A stretch of DNA of 64,000 nucleotides, from NCBI GenBank assembly GCA_030704615.1, contig CM060732.1, positions 75,454,001 through 75,518,000 on the forward strand, in the 5' to 3' direction. This document shows, piece by piece, positions 27,501 through 39,528 of this stretch. Position 1 is the first letter of the stretch. Each line of letters begins with the position of its first letter. This stretch comes from Takakia lepidozioides. Its lineage: Eukaryota; Plantae; Bryophyta. Both the position numbers and the translations under genes were made by a program. Under the pieces are notes generated by a model. The model had not been told where the DNA came from, ran no database searches, and worked only from the letters and a program-made list of their open reading frames with translations.

Positions 27501-29054
27501 CATAAAGTACAAATGGGTTGAAATATGGGTTGAAATATGGGTTGAAATATGGGTTGAATACCTTGATATTTCTACATTTTTGTCTTGAAGAAATTTTTCG
27601 CGATCGCAAGTCGATGTCGGGATTGTGAAGTACGAACCAGGGAAGTCCAAGGATCACATGATTCGTTGGAGACTGGATGACATTGAAAACAATATGTGAT
27701 GCTTGATCTTTAAGCTTCACTTCAAGTGGTCGAGTTTCATGGTCCATATTTCCTTATGCTAACGGTTGTTCATCGATGATTTCAACAGGGGCCGAGAATT
27801 TCTTTCTTACAAGCGTTAAATTGTGTTGCTTCGCAAAGTCTTTGTCACTAAACACGCTGAAGCGCCCGAGTCTAAAAGTGCTTCTACGGAGATATCTCGA
27901 TTTTGCATCCTGATCTTTACTGGAACTGTGAAACAAGATACAGGGTCTGGAGATAGAAAGACCATTTTTTTTTGTGAGGAATTTGTGGTGTCCAGCCGCA
28001 TGGTCCCTATTGTGATTGGACATCTTCGTTTTCCAACCTCCTCGTATCGAACACTTGAGTGGTACCCGAGCTTTGAATCTTCTCTTGTTAGGGTAGTTTA
28101 ATGCCATGTGATCATTTTCTCCGCAATAAAGGCATAATCCATTCGAGCGCCGTCTTTGTTTTTCATGTGACGTCAATGGCTTGAATCAGACAGCATCAAT
28201 CTGCATAGGATCATGACCGGATGTCTGATGGATCGTTGTATTTGGTGCCGTAGTAGCAGCGGTATGGTGCGTCGTCGACCATCCAGATCGCTTCTCTTGA
28301 CGTCTTTCGAACAAACGATTATCGCATGCAATGACTTGGGTGATGAATTCGCTCAGTGTACTCACGTTTGGCATTGTCAGCAACAAATATTTAACATCAT
28401 CTTTTAGTCCACATCGAAACTAACTAATGAGGCTCTTCTCATTCCAGTCAAGGTCGCACGCAAGTTGTCGAAATTCGGCAGCATAAACGGAAGCTGGATG
28501 TGCTCATTGTCGAAGATTTCGCATCTTTGTCTCCGCAACTCTCTCTCTCTATCATTCTCTCCAAACGTTGCAGTGAACTCGGACATGAACGCTTCAAAAT
28601 TGTATAGTAAATGCGAATTTTTCTCTAGTACCAGTGCAAACCAAGATAGGGCAGTGCCTGATAGAAGGGTGCCCACGAATCCCACTTGAATACATTCATC
28701 AGAGTAGCGTTGTGGATATAGTCGTAGGAACAATCGTACTTGTTGAACAAAACCGCGAAATCTTGATCTCGTCCCATCAAATTTCTCGGGCATGCTGACA
28801 TTTGGTTCCCTTGTAATCTGTTGAAGATTTGGAGGAACCGTTGCAGTAAGATTTGTTGTAGTAGAGACTCGTAAGGTTGAAAATCCATTGTTCGACTCCT
28901 TCAACTCTGAAATTTGTTGTTGCAAATTGTTGAGAGCATTGCCGAGGTCTTGAGACTGATCAGCTTGTAGTTGAGTAGTAGAGGCACGAAGTTATTGCAT
29001 CTCGAGCTGAAGACTCTGCAATGTGGCGACCATTTCCGCAAATGCGCCTTCCAT
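24586..29054 (-). pseudogene. Frameshifted gag-pol of the chromovirus
   Basis: Gag PEKFDGTRSRFRGF and DPMQID; knuckle CLYCGENDH; protease ALLDSGAS; RT IYLDD near 26890; RNase H YTDHKNL; integrase WSSVSMDFITDLP and HPQTDGQTER; IHPVFHVSLL; chromodomain EYEVDEVLDSR...YFVHWKGY...TWEP. Confidence 0.93.
27515..27559. repeat. 12-bp tandem repeat (GGGTTGAAATAT x ~3.7) inside pol
   Basis: Directly visible; it encodes (F)NPY repeats in ORF 27127-27747. Confidence 0.9.
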
Positions 29055-29092
29055 CCTAACTAATTAAGGAACAGACTTTAGTCTCGCCAAAC

Positions 29093-29357
29093 TGTCAAGG
29101 ACGAGAACATGACTGAACACAAACAAGATATCAAACTAGAGGTACAAGACTAGACAAGAAGTCAAGGTCGGCGTGGCCGAATGCATGATAAGTAAATAGG
29201 AATCAAGACGATCTTTATCTCTAATTTGGTAAACTCTCGGTAACTTGATAAGTAATGGTAAATCATGGTAAATCACAATAAATCATGATAACTTTCGGTA
29301 ACTTGGTAACTTCTGGTATTTACTCCTGGTAAGTTCCTCTGAGCTATGTCCGTGACA
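29093..29357 (-). repeat. 5' LTR (265 bp, with an internal deletion of about 360 bp)
   Basis: It matches both ends of the 3' LTR but jumps from ...GACGATCTTTA to ...TAATTTGGTAAACTCTC, removing the TATA and R region. Confidence 0.92.
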
Positions 29358-29389
29358 ACTAAACAAACATCCAACTTCATTTTAGTATA

Positions 29390-32000
29390 TCAATTTCAAT
29401 TCTTCACACATGTGCCAACAACACAAGCTACTTTAGTCAATATATAAAGGAAGCCGGTTTGTTTGTTTTGTCACGTTGAGATGTCCCAAACCGAGGGGCC
29501 CCAGCCCTGATGCTTAGTGCCGTTGGAAAGCCCTCGATGAGGAGGGGTGCACCAGCTTGGTCTCATTATTTTTGGACCTGCGGTGTGGGAAATATGAAAT
29601 TTCAAATACTTTTGGTCGTTGGAAATTTCCGAAAAATAACAAAGTGGGCTTTCCTGGGACAATGATTGGATAAATGAAGCCTCGACAGGAGATATATCAA
29701 TAATGATGGATATATTACTATTCAGTAAATTCATCGAAAAAAATAAATTGGTTTTTTCAATATATGAAGGAAGGTAGTTTGTTTTGTTTTGTTTTGTTTT
29801 GTAGCGTTGAGATCTTTCAAACCAAAACAAAACAAAACAAAACAAACAAACAAACTGTCTTGCTTCATATTTATCGCATTTCAAATACTTTTGGTCGCTA
29901 GAAATTCATGAAAAATAACAAAGTGGGCATTCCCGGATAATGTTGGTGCCTCGACAAGAGAGATATCAAGGGAAAGGTCTCCGGTTCAAATCTGTTCGTA
30001 GGCTCTGTGAAAAACAGTGATTAGACTTAGATGACGTAGATGATATTGGACACTTGGCCAACGACGCCATAGGGTAGCCTAGAGGTCGCATTTGGGCCCT
30101 GACAATATAGGAGACGCACTTGGATACGTAGGAGATTGCACTTGGACTTAGCTTTTAATTCTTCACACATGGGCCAACGACATAGGGCGCTACACTAGAG
30201 GTCGCACTTGGGCCTCAACAAATGAGACGCATTGGATACATAGGAAATTGCACTTGATCTTAGATTTTCAATTCTTCACACATGGGCCAAAGGTACTCGC
30301 TATCTTAGAGGTTGCACTTGGGCCTCGACATAGGAGACTCACTTGGATACATAGAAGATCTTACACTTGGACTTAGATGACACTTGACACTTGGGCCCAG
30401 GGCACATGCTATCGCATTGGCCCTTGACATAGGAGACACACTTGGATACAGAGAGGATTGCACTTGGACTTAGATGCCATTGTACACTTGGGCCAACGGC
30501 ACAGGCTACCCTAATGAAGCATGTTTGTTTGTTTGTTTGTTTGTTTTGTCACGTTGAGATGTCCCAAACCGCGGGGCCCCAACACAGGTGTTTAGTACCG
30601 TTGGAAAGCCCTCGCCGAGGAGGGGTGCACGGGTTTTGTTTCATGATTTTTGGACTTGTGGTGTGGGAGATGTGGAATTTCAAGTAGTTTTGGTCGTCGG
30701 AAATTCGTGAAAAATAGCAAAGTGGGCTTTCCTAGGACAATGATTGGAACCTCGACGGGAGATATATCAATAATGATTGGATAATTACTACTCAATAAAT
30801 TCATGAGAAAAAAATAAAAAATTGGGCCTTGACACGGAGACGTACTTGGATACATAGGAGATTGCCCTTAGGCTTAGATGACACTGGAGACTGGGGCCTC
30901 TACATGGGAGATGCACTTGGATACATGAATAGAAGATTGCCTTTGGGCTTAGATGGACCTCGACATAGGAGACGCACTTGGATACATAGGAAATTGCACT
31001 TGGTCTTAGATTTCAATTCTTCACACATGGGCCAACGGCATAGGCTACACTAGAGGTCGCACTTGGACTTCGTGACAAATAGCAAAGTGGGCTTTCCTGG
31101 ACAATGATGTGGAGATTTCCCAAACTGCAGGGTCTCTGGAGACAGGGGATTGCACTTGGTCTTAGATCAGACATGGGCCAAATGCATAGGCTACCCTAGA
31201 GGTTGCACTTGGGCCTCGACATAGGAGACACACTGGGATACATAGAAGATCTTAAACTTGGGCTTAAATGGCACTCAACACTTGGGCCAATGTCGCAGAC
31301 TACCCTAGAGGTCGCATTTGGGCCTCAACATAGGAGACGCACTTGGATACATAGGAGATTGCACTTGGACTTAGATGACACTGGATACTTGGGCCAACGG
31401 CACACGTAAAAATAGCAAAGTGGGCGTTCCTGGAACAAACATTGGCCCTTCATTTTGTCTTTTGTGCATATGGATGAAATGTAAATTGGGCTTTCTACAA
31501 TATTGGCGTTCATAATATTGTCTATAGTGTTGTAGAGATCTCCCAAACCGCGGGGCCTTTGGCCACGATTTTAGTGCCGTTAGAAAGCCCTTAATGAGTA
31601 GGGTTGCATTGACTTGGTTTCACAAAATTTGGACCTACGGGCCAAGACTGATGGAATTATGAACAAATTCGGTTGCTGAAAATTCAACTAAATTAGTGTT
31701 GGAAGGACACTGGAGGTTGCACTTGGGCTTAGATAGAGACCACAACTTTGGTACCATTGGAAAATGAGTAAGGGTGCACCAACTTGGTTTTACAAATTTG
31801 GACCAATGGGCCGAGAATTCTAGAAATATGAATAATTTTGGTTGCTGAAAATTCAACTAAATTATAAAATCAAGTGTTGGAATGACACTCGAGGTCGCAC
31901 TTGGGCCTCTACCTGGGAGAAGCACTTGGATACATAGGAGATTGCACTTGGCTTAGATTTCAATTCTTCACACATGGGCCAACTGCACAGGCTACCCTAG
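29390..32000 (+). repeat. Helitron terminal-module array 3
   Basis: Modules A (near 29475, 30552, 31535) and many B copies ending GCTACCCTAG. A TTAG|TC junction sits at 29436/29437 and the final CTAG at 32000. Confidence 0.85.
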
Positions 32001-33117
32001 TAATGATAATAGAGAAGGTTAATACGTTTTCTTTTTCTTTTTCGGGTGGGGGAGGATTGAAGCCCTTTTTGAGCTTTTTTTCTTAAAGCTTTATTAATGA
32101 TTATTGAAAATATGTCAATACTTGTAGAGGAAAGAAACATACAAGGTTCACAGTATTTGGCTTACGAGACTGTAGTCAGATGCAGAGTCGTAGAAGCCTG
32201 CGTGTCCTCGTCTGCTCCTATGCCTCGCTCCCCCGCTGTCCGGTCCCTGTATCACCGTGTTGCTCAAGGGGGGGGGGGGGGGGGCGGGGGTGTGGTGTTG
32301 CGTCCTGAGTGCTCGATTGAGGTTTTAGAGGTGAACAAGCCTAGTAACTACTTCATTGTTTATCATCATTGAAGTTGCCTTGCATTGCAAGGACATTGGG
32401 TTGGTGGATGTCCAGTTCTGAGGTGGACAATCTAATTGGACTGCCGTGTAATTAAGCGGCAGTCTGCGATGACATAGTTTTTACAGATGCTCAGAAGCTC
32501 ATTACAAACGAGTCCTGAATTGACTGATTTAAAACGTCAGCAGTATGTACGTATGTACAACATTTACACGTCGCAACCTCGAGATATTGGGTAAAAGCTC
32601 TCATAGCCTAGGCCGCAGAACTGATATCTTGCAGCATTACTTAGTGCTTGTGTACAGAGATGTAGTCAGTGAAGGAGAGTGCAGTTGTACAGTAGAAGAA
32701 TGTCACGACCAAGAAAGAAACATGTATATCCTTTGCCAAACATTCATGATGGATCTTAGCATCAGGTTTTTGAGGAGTGCCACCAGTCACTTCCGGAAGC
32801 TTCCAAAAGAAGGAGCCCTCTCACATATAGGCATCAACATGAAACCATGTCATTCGGTCTTCGCAATGCAACTGCCAACTTCCAAACTTCGGGAGACTAA
32901 CGGATGTTGTTCTCGGGAACCACCAACATGGGAATGCGCGCACAGTTTCACAGGCAATTGCAATGAAAACTCTGGGAGAGAAAAAAGTATTTACTGAGCG
33001 AGGGTCTGGGAAATCGTGAAAACTGGTTCGGGAGTTAAACAATGTATGAGATCGAGATTGACAAGTATAAATCCCAGAGCACTGGTATACACTATACACT
33101 CATTTAAAGGTAATTCA

Positions 33118-34928
33118 CTAGTGGGCAACTGTTGTATCAGAGTACAAATGGAGGGGTAGACGAGGAGTCGGCACCACCTTCAACCTCGTAGCCATAGGCA
33201 TCGTCATGCCATGTCCTTCTGTCATATCTATATCCTTGTTCCCAGCAGGAAGTGACCAGTCAAAAGCCTGTAGCAATCGCGAGAGACATAACATGACGAA
33301 GCACTGCCCCAACGAGGCACCAGGGCACCCTCGCCTGCCCGCACCGAATGGCAAAATTCGAAACTCTGCTGGGTCTCTCAGATCCGCACTTTTGCCGCTA
33401 TCGAGCCACCTCTCTGGTCGAAATTCCTCGGGTCTCTCAAAGACTTCTGGGTTTCGGCCCATGCCAAACACATTGATCAACACAGTGGTGTGCTTGGGTA
33501 TATCGTAGCCAGCGATCTTGCTGGCCTCCATAGACGTGCGTGGAATCAAGAACGCACCAACTGGATGCAGGCGGAAAGTCTCTTTCAGCACTGCCCTGAG
33601 GTACTGTAACTGATGTATATCGGATTCGCCAACTACGCGCTCCCGCCCACAGCAGAGCTCAATTTCGTCTTGCACTTTACGCTGAACTTCTGGATGTCTT
33701 ACAAGCTCCGCCAGCGCCCACTCCATAGTCACCGACGAGGTGTCGCTGCCTGCAGCAAACATATCCTGTTGGAATTGCAAGAATCAAATGTTAACACCAT
33801 TGCCACGAACCCAAATTGTTTGCTATGACTACAGGTCTATCAAAGGGAAGAAGCCGTGCTTTGCCAAATTCATAATCTACGTAATGGTATCTTCCAAGTT
33901 GCAGTGGTTCCGATTACAAAGTCCCGACTTCCACCCAACTGTGGCTATCCTCGTGAATTGCACGTGTTCAAAGGGGTCATGGTTCATACGAAAAGCAAGG
34001 CTTGACTTGTAGCGTCGCTCAAGTGCGGCTCTCCATTCTCCCCAGGCAAGGACAAGAGCACGTCCACGAATTCATGACATTCAGCAGTCTCCTTCCTGCC
34101 CTTCAGGCAGTGGTCTCGAATGACCACGCCCATCGTCGCCGTCATCTTCTTTTGTAGCCGTTTCATTCGTCCCACAAAGCCTTGGCAGTCGAAGGGTCGT
34201 AACAAGGGAACGTAGTCCCCTATATTAAATACGCCCAGAAGAAAAAACGCTTCATGGAGTATGTCTATGAATGTTGCAGTTATCTCGGATGGCGATGAGC
34301 CCCCAAAGTACCTTGAGCCAAACAGCATCCGTGATATCACATTCGTCACAAAACTCTCAAAATTCTCCCGCATATGCACTCCATCTCCATCCCCCTGCTT
34401 GCAAGTCTCGAACACCGTCCGGACCATGTCTTGAGCTTCTTCAGTCCTTTCTTTCCGGTAGCGCTCAATACGGCTGGGTGAGAGCAACTCCTGGACACAC
34501 ACTTTTCGCATGTCACGCCAGTGGGCGCCATATGGGCTCAAAGCTATGCCCGCACCATTGCCGGCAATGTACACAGCTTGTGCCATTTGTGGTCTTGAAC
34601 AGAACACATGGTCTTGATCTTTGAGAAACTCTCTAGCTATTTCAGGACAATTGGTAACGGCTGTGGACACAGAACCAAGACGAAGGTACACGAGAGGTCC
34701 GTATTGTTTGGTGAACTCCACCATGCGTCTATGGGGGTACTCACCCAGCTGAAGTATGTTCCCCAGTACAGGCCATGGTCGAGGCCCCGGAGGAAGCTTG
34801 AAAGCTCTCCTGAAGAAACTACGACGTAAAAACACTAGAACAAGAAAAGTCGCTAGCACTGACTGCAGAGTTGTCACCCACTCCCTCGAAATGGTGAGTC
34901 CTGCAAACTGAAAGAGAGAAGAACCCAT
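33118..34928 (-). CDS. Cytochrome P450, CYP71 clan, CYP703-like, about 528 aa; exons 34928-33990 and 33765-33118
   Basis: LPPGPRPWP hinge; FVDVLLSLPGENG (typical of CYP703); I-helix DMFAAGSDTS right after a phase-0 GT-AG intron (the conserved A-type P450 intron); KETFRLHP; PERW; heme motif PFGAGRRGCPG. Confidence 0.93.
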
Positions 34929-37900
34929 GTCCAGATTGTTTGTACCACCCTCTCAGGATAGAGAGGAGAGAGAGAGAGGGAGAGAGAGAGCGCTCATGAC
35001 CAAGTACGAAAGAGGCCCCATCCCCAATCAGCCCATAGAATGAAACTATATACTGTCTCTTCGTGTCAGGTGCAATGGAAGGGGGGGCCAAAGGCATCCT
35101 TTCCAGATGTACAGAACAGTGTTTTGTTTTGTTTTGTTTTCTAATAAAGTAGCTTTTGAATACATATAATCTCATGACTCAAATACAAATCAAGCCCAGT
35201 GCACCCCACGTCATGGGGAATCCACACTACTGGGCCATAGCTACCTTAACTATCATCTTATATAACCTTCTTTATTTATTATTAAATAAAAAGGGGACTT
35301 ACAAGAGGAGCATCTCCTTAATGTCCCTGCAACCCTCCTACAGTCAGATTGGATCTCCAACATGTTTTTATCAAGGTTGCCAGTTGAAACAGTACAGTAT
35401 AGAAGGTGGTGATGCAAAGGCTGCCTACTATGAAGTCATGAATGTCAGGGACCAGGAATGAATCAGCCCAAACTGGCATTCCAGAGCTCCATCCAACTCA
35501 GCTACCAACTGGTGGTTATATAACTGATTGAGCAGAAAAAAAGAAAAAAAAATCATTGTAAGGATATTGGAACTATCTATGGAGTATGGATATCATAGTG
35601 TAATAATACTTCTGGTATGGACTTTTGATACTTTATAGGCTATGATTGCAGCCGCCTTATTCGTTAGCTTTTGACCTTGTAGTCATCGTGGTAGGTAGAA
35701 AGTTGGCTTCTACCCTAGCGAGCCTACATAAGGGTAGCATGCACTAGAGCAAGCGGTTGGGTGATTGTGCCTTGTCCGTGCAAAACCCAGGTGATCAAGG
35801 TTCAAACTGTCCACCTTCTAACGCAAGGCTGTAGTGCTTCCGGATCAACAGACAATATAATTTACACCTGCTTGAGGATTGGTCTCCTTTCTAGCACTTC
35901 ATCCATTATCTTCCGTTTGGAAAATTGACATCTTTTAATGGCGGTAATTGGGGGAATGCGAATGCGATTGTCCAATCCACTGTTGAGTGGTTCTTTGCTT
36001 TATGTGGGAACATATGGTTCCCATTTGGAAGTTGGGGGCATGCTGGGGATCTGCAAGTGCAGGGTCTTGAGGGTCCCATTTACTTTACCTTTCCGTTTCA
36101 TTGAGTTTCAAATTTTCCACCTTGGGCGGTTCTCAACCTGACACGTTCTTGTTGGTTTGAGAAGCAGCTAGTCGTGCATGTATGTCCATTCTTAACCAGA
36201 TTTTTCTGAGCCACAGAGCCTCCGGTTCCTAGCGGCCCGGTTGTTTGAAAAACAGTTGCAAAAAACAGTTCCCAACACCCCGAACAGGGTGAGTAGGTAT
36301 ACATTGGAATAAAATTAAAAATGTGTTGTTCTATTGTCATTATTTTTTTGTCATCATCTGGTTGTACAAGGCCTTTTGCTAAATTATCGAATGATAGTAT
36401 AGCCAATCAGTTGAGGAATTTAGTATAGCCGATTATGGCTTCAGCCATCTATATTGAAGCAAAAAAAACTTGCCAACAATTTGTGGGCCCACTAAGGTTC
36501 TATATTCTATGGTGTCACGCATCATCATGCGTCACCATACATAATCAGCGTTGTTGCCTTTTGGCCAGTGCTTCATCAGGAGGTTTTTCCATGTAATGGT
36601 TTTCATTTGTGCTCCTCAGCAAGTTCCCAATGGTGGCATTGCATGCACTGGTTACAAGGATATAGAACCAGGGTCTTAGTTACGCAGGCCAGAGTCCTCT
36701 CTCCCTCTCTCTCTCTCTAGACGTTGGCGTCACTCCTGAAAGGGGGCAGTATTCGCAAGGGGAAAGGGGCTCTTGTTTACGCTAGCTTCGGTTGGCGTCA
36801 TAGTTGACAATTCTGATAAAATTTTGGGGAAAAAAACAATCTTGGTTCCAGTTATTACTAGATTTATTGCTAAACATATCATCCAGTTCTGGTTAGTAGC
36901 AAAAACCTTGAATAACTGGTGGCTATTTAAAGATTATTTCTACGATTATTTCTCCAGATATTTCTTGTTTGGATACCCACTCGTGAATGGCTATATAGAT
37001 AGGTTGGTAACCGCCTGGAGCTTGTTCCGGGTCAAAGAAATATTGATCCAAACCTTTCCAAAGTCCAGGGATACCTGCATGGTTGACCTCTGCCAAAGCA
37101 AACCTAGCTTATGTCAGTCAACCAAATGTCTACTACGTTTGAAAAGATGCCGTCTTTCTAATGGTCATAACAAGGACAACAAGCTTCAGGCTCCAACCTC
37201 CCCCAAAGCTTCCAAAATCCCTAAATATCCACACATTAGGAGTCCACAATGTTTTTTTTAACCTTTTTTTTTTTTTAAAGTCGCTGGTAGATCCACGTAT
37301 AAAATCTACCCAATGGCCATGTGGCAAGAATAATAAGATGGCATGTACAGACAGGTGGCATATCTTGATGGGTGCACGTTGGTGTGATACCACACACACA
37401 CATATATAACGCCTCCCAATGAAGCGTAACTATGGTGTCTCTTGATCTGAAGGGCTACTTCCGGCTGGAAGGCGGACAACTTGTGACACCAATCGGTGGA
37501 TTGAACCCACAACCATTTCCGAAGTGGGCATGTGACCATTACGAGTGGGCTACAACAAGACATACGATATTCCACCACTAGTGCATTAGAGCAAAACAAT
37601 TCAGATTCTATCCCCTCAAGTTCTTTTTACATGTAGTCGGTCGCTCAATGTCAGATCAAAATCTGACAATTTTTTGCAAGGAAAAACATATTGAATGTCA
37701 AATTGACCCAATGACTCCATTTTTATAGGTGCTGGTACAATGGATGACATCCAACATACACCTATGTGGCTCTGAAGTAGTTGTGAGATGACATTGTGCC
37801 CAAACCACTAGGGCTACCTATTCAAGATGCCTAAGAGAGGAAAATTCTGGATGAAGCAAACTTTTTTTTAAGTTGTCATTTTATCTGTTGCCCAACCTTT

Positions 37901-38443
37901 GCCAAAGTTCTAAAGTCCCAAGGTGCCTGCCTGCCTCAAACGGCAATTGGCTCTCTTGCTTTGCTTTGCTTTCCTTTGCTTTGGCACAACATAAGAGGAA
38001 GGTAGGACTAGGGAGCATGACTCGGCACAACAATCAATCAGCACCTTGACATGGTGTAAGGTATTTTGACCACATTTTCTCCATTGACTTGCATGTCTCC
38101 GCAAAGTCTCTCCCTACAAGAGAGCCAACAAATTGGTCATATCCAACATACAACTTTATTGCTTTGAACTCAAGACCACTTGTATGGTCCCCTTGTATCT
38201 TGACCATCTAATCACTCGGTCATCACTTAGCCATATGCTTGCACTAGAGCATGTAGCCTAGACGTGGTTGAGAGTTTTGTGCATAAATTTAAGTGATCTA
38301 GGGCTCAAATTTTCCACCTTTCAACGGATGACGGCTGTCCTTCGGTACTAAGATACACAATGATTTACAATTCTTTCATGAGGTGTCCTCATTTCTTTTT
38401 TTCTCCTATTGGATATTTATCAACGCCTCTCATTGTTTAATAA

Positions 38444-39046
38444 TAGGGTCATGAATGCACGGGCGGCCCCCCCTTGGGGTGAGCTCATAAGCCCACCGCC
38501 CATTCACAGGGTCGACGAGATTCTGAAATTTTTCTTAAGTCCTTGTTAATCTACTGTGGCGGACCTTCTAGCAGACTGGGCAGACCCTCCAACAGACCGA
38601 CTCCAACCTTCTAGCAAACCCTCCAGACAGACGAGCGGACCAGCACCTCTACAGCAGACTCTGGGCAGAGCCCCTCCAGCAGACCCTCCAAGCAGACCGA
38701 GCAAACCCCCCTCCAGCAGACCCTTCGACAAAATATATAATTAATAACACACGTTACTACCACGGTATAACGTAACGAGATATGAACACCACACCTCGTG
38801 TTTATCATTCATTGCTCTTAACCACCACATTACCCAACGCTTTCTTTCTGCATACCCTCGCAATAACTAATGCTTTATGTGCATATTGTGGGCCCCAACA
38901 AACTAGCCTATGTGTTTTGTAGGCCCAGCAAACCCGCTTGCCGGGGACAAACCCAGCAGCAGACCGGCGGGTCCGAGTAAGGGCGCTCCCACCCTCTGCC
39001 ACACGCGGGCCCGCCACAGCCACATGTGCGGGCATTCATGACCCTA
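38444..39046. mobile_element. Non-autonomous TIR element (hAT-like or MITE), about 600 bp
   Basis: Perfect inverted termini AATAATAGGGTCATGAATGC (38439-38458) and GCATTCATGACCCTATTATT (39032-39051), with clustered subterminal GCAGACC repeats at 38570-38725. No convincing 8-bp TSD was found. Confidence 0.75.
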
Positions 39047-39528
39047 TTATTGTTAAATGAGAAGCTTTATCATCACATTGACCAAGTGGCCCCCACTTCT
39101 TTATAGTTGGATTGAGCTGTCAGGCATGGTGTACAATAACTAAGATTTCTTTTATACCCCACGACAACCCTCCTTATCCGTCCTCACATTCAATCTTGTA
39201 CACAAATCCTATTGTGAGCTCCCAAACGCCTTCACTTCCTACACTATTCTTAAACTTCTCTTTGTGACATGTGACAATCCACAACATTTCATATTTTTGA
39301 CCTGCTCATGCTGCATGTTTTTTTTTTTAATTTTAATTTACGTTATCTACAAAAATACATACATATATGAACTAACTATTAGGTGTCCTATCATGACTAA
39401 CCTCACAAACTGTAACCACTATCCAACTATGCACTATCCATGATAGGGCCCACCCCCGAGAGGGGCAATAGCCTCAAGGCGAAGTGGCTCTTAGTTACGC
39501 CGGCTTTGGCCGGAGTCTTCTCTCTCTC

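Larger units (their letters stand above)
23432..29357 (-). mobile_element. Ty3/gypsy chromovirus LTR retrotransposon (Tcn1-like), decayed
   Basis: TG...CA LTRs at 23432-24054 and 29093-29357, with a perfect TSD ACTAA at 23427-23431 and 29358-29362. A PPT lies next to 24054. Gag-PR-RT-RH-INT-chromodomain order on the minus strand. Confidence 0.96.
15434..32000 (+). mobile_element. Composite Helitron region (modular terminal arrays, decayed Rep-helicase and a nested LTR element)
   Basis: It starts A|TCAATATACGAAG at 15434 and ends GGGCCAACTGCACAGGCTACCCTAG|T at 32000, the Helitron TC...CTAG ends inserted between A and T with no TSD. The same modules recur throughout. Confidence 0.7.

Noticed and set aside
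15434-32000. Repeat-spacer appearance suggesting a CRISPR-like array
   Set aside because: The units are long, degenerate and shuffled, the spacers are themselves repeats, there are no cas genes, and Helitron ends explain the structure.
32267-32290. Poly-G tract (and poly-C near 44095-44117) as functional G-quadruplexes
   Set aside because: These are simple homopolymers with no supporting context, and their lengths are assembly-sensitive.
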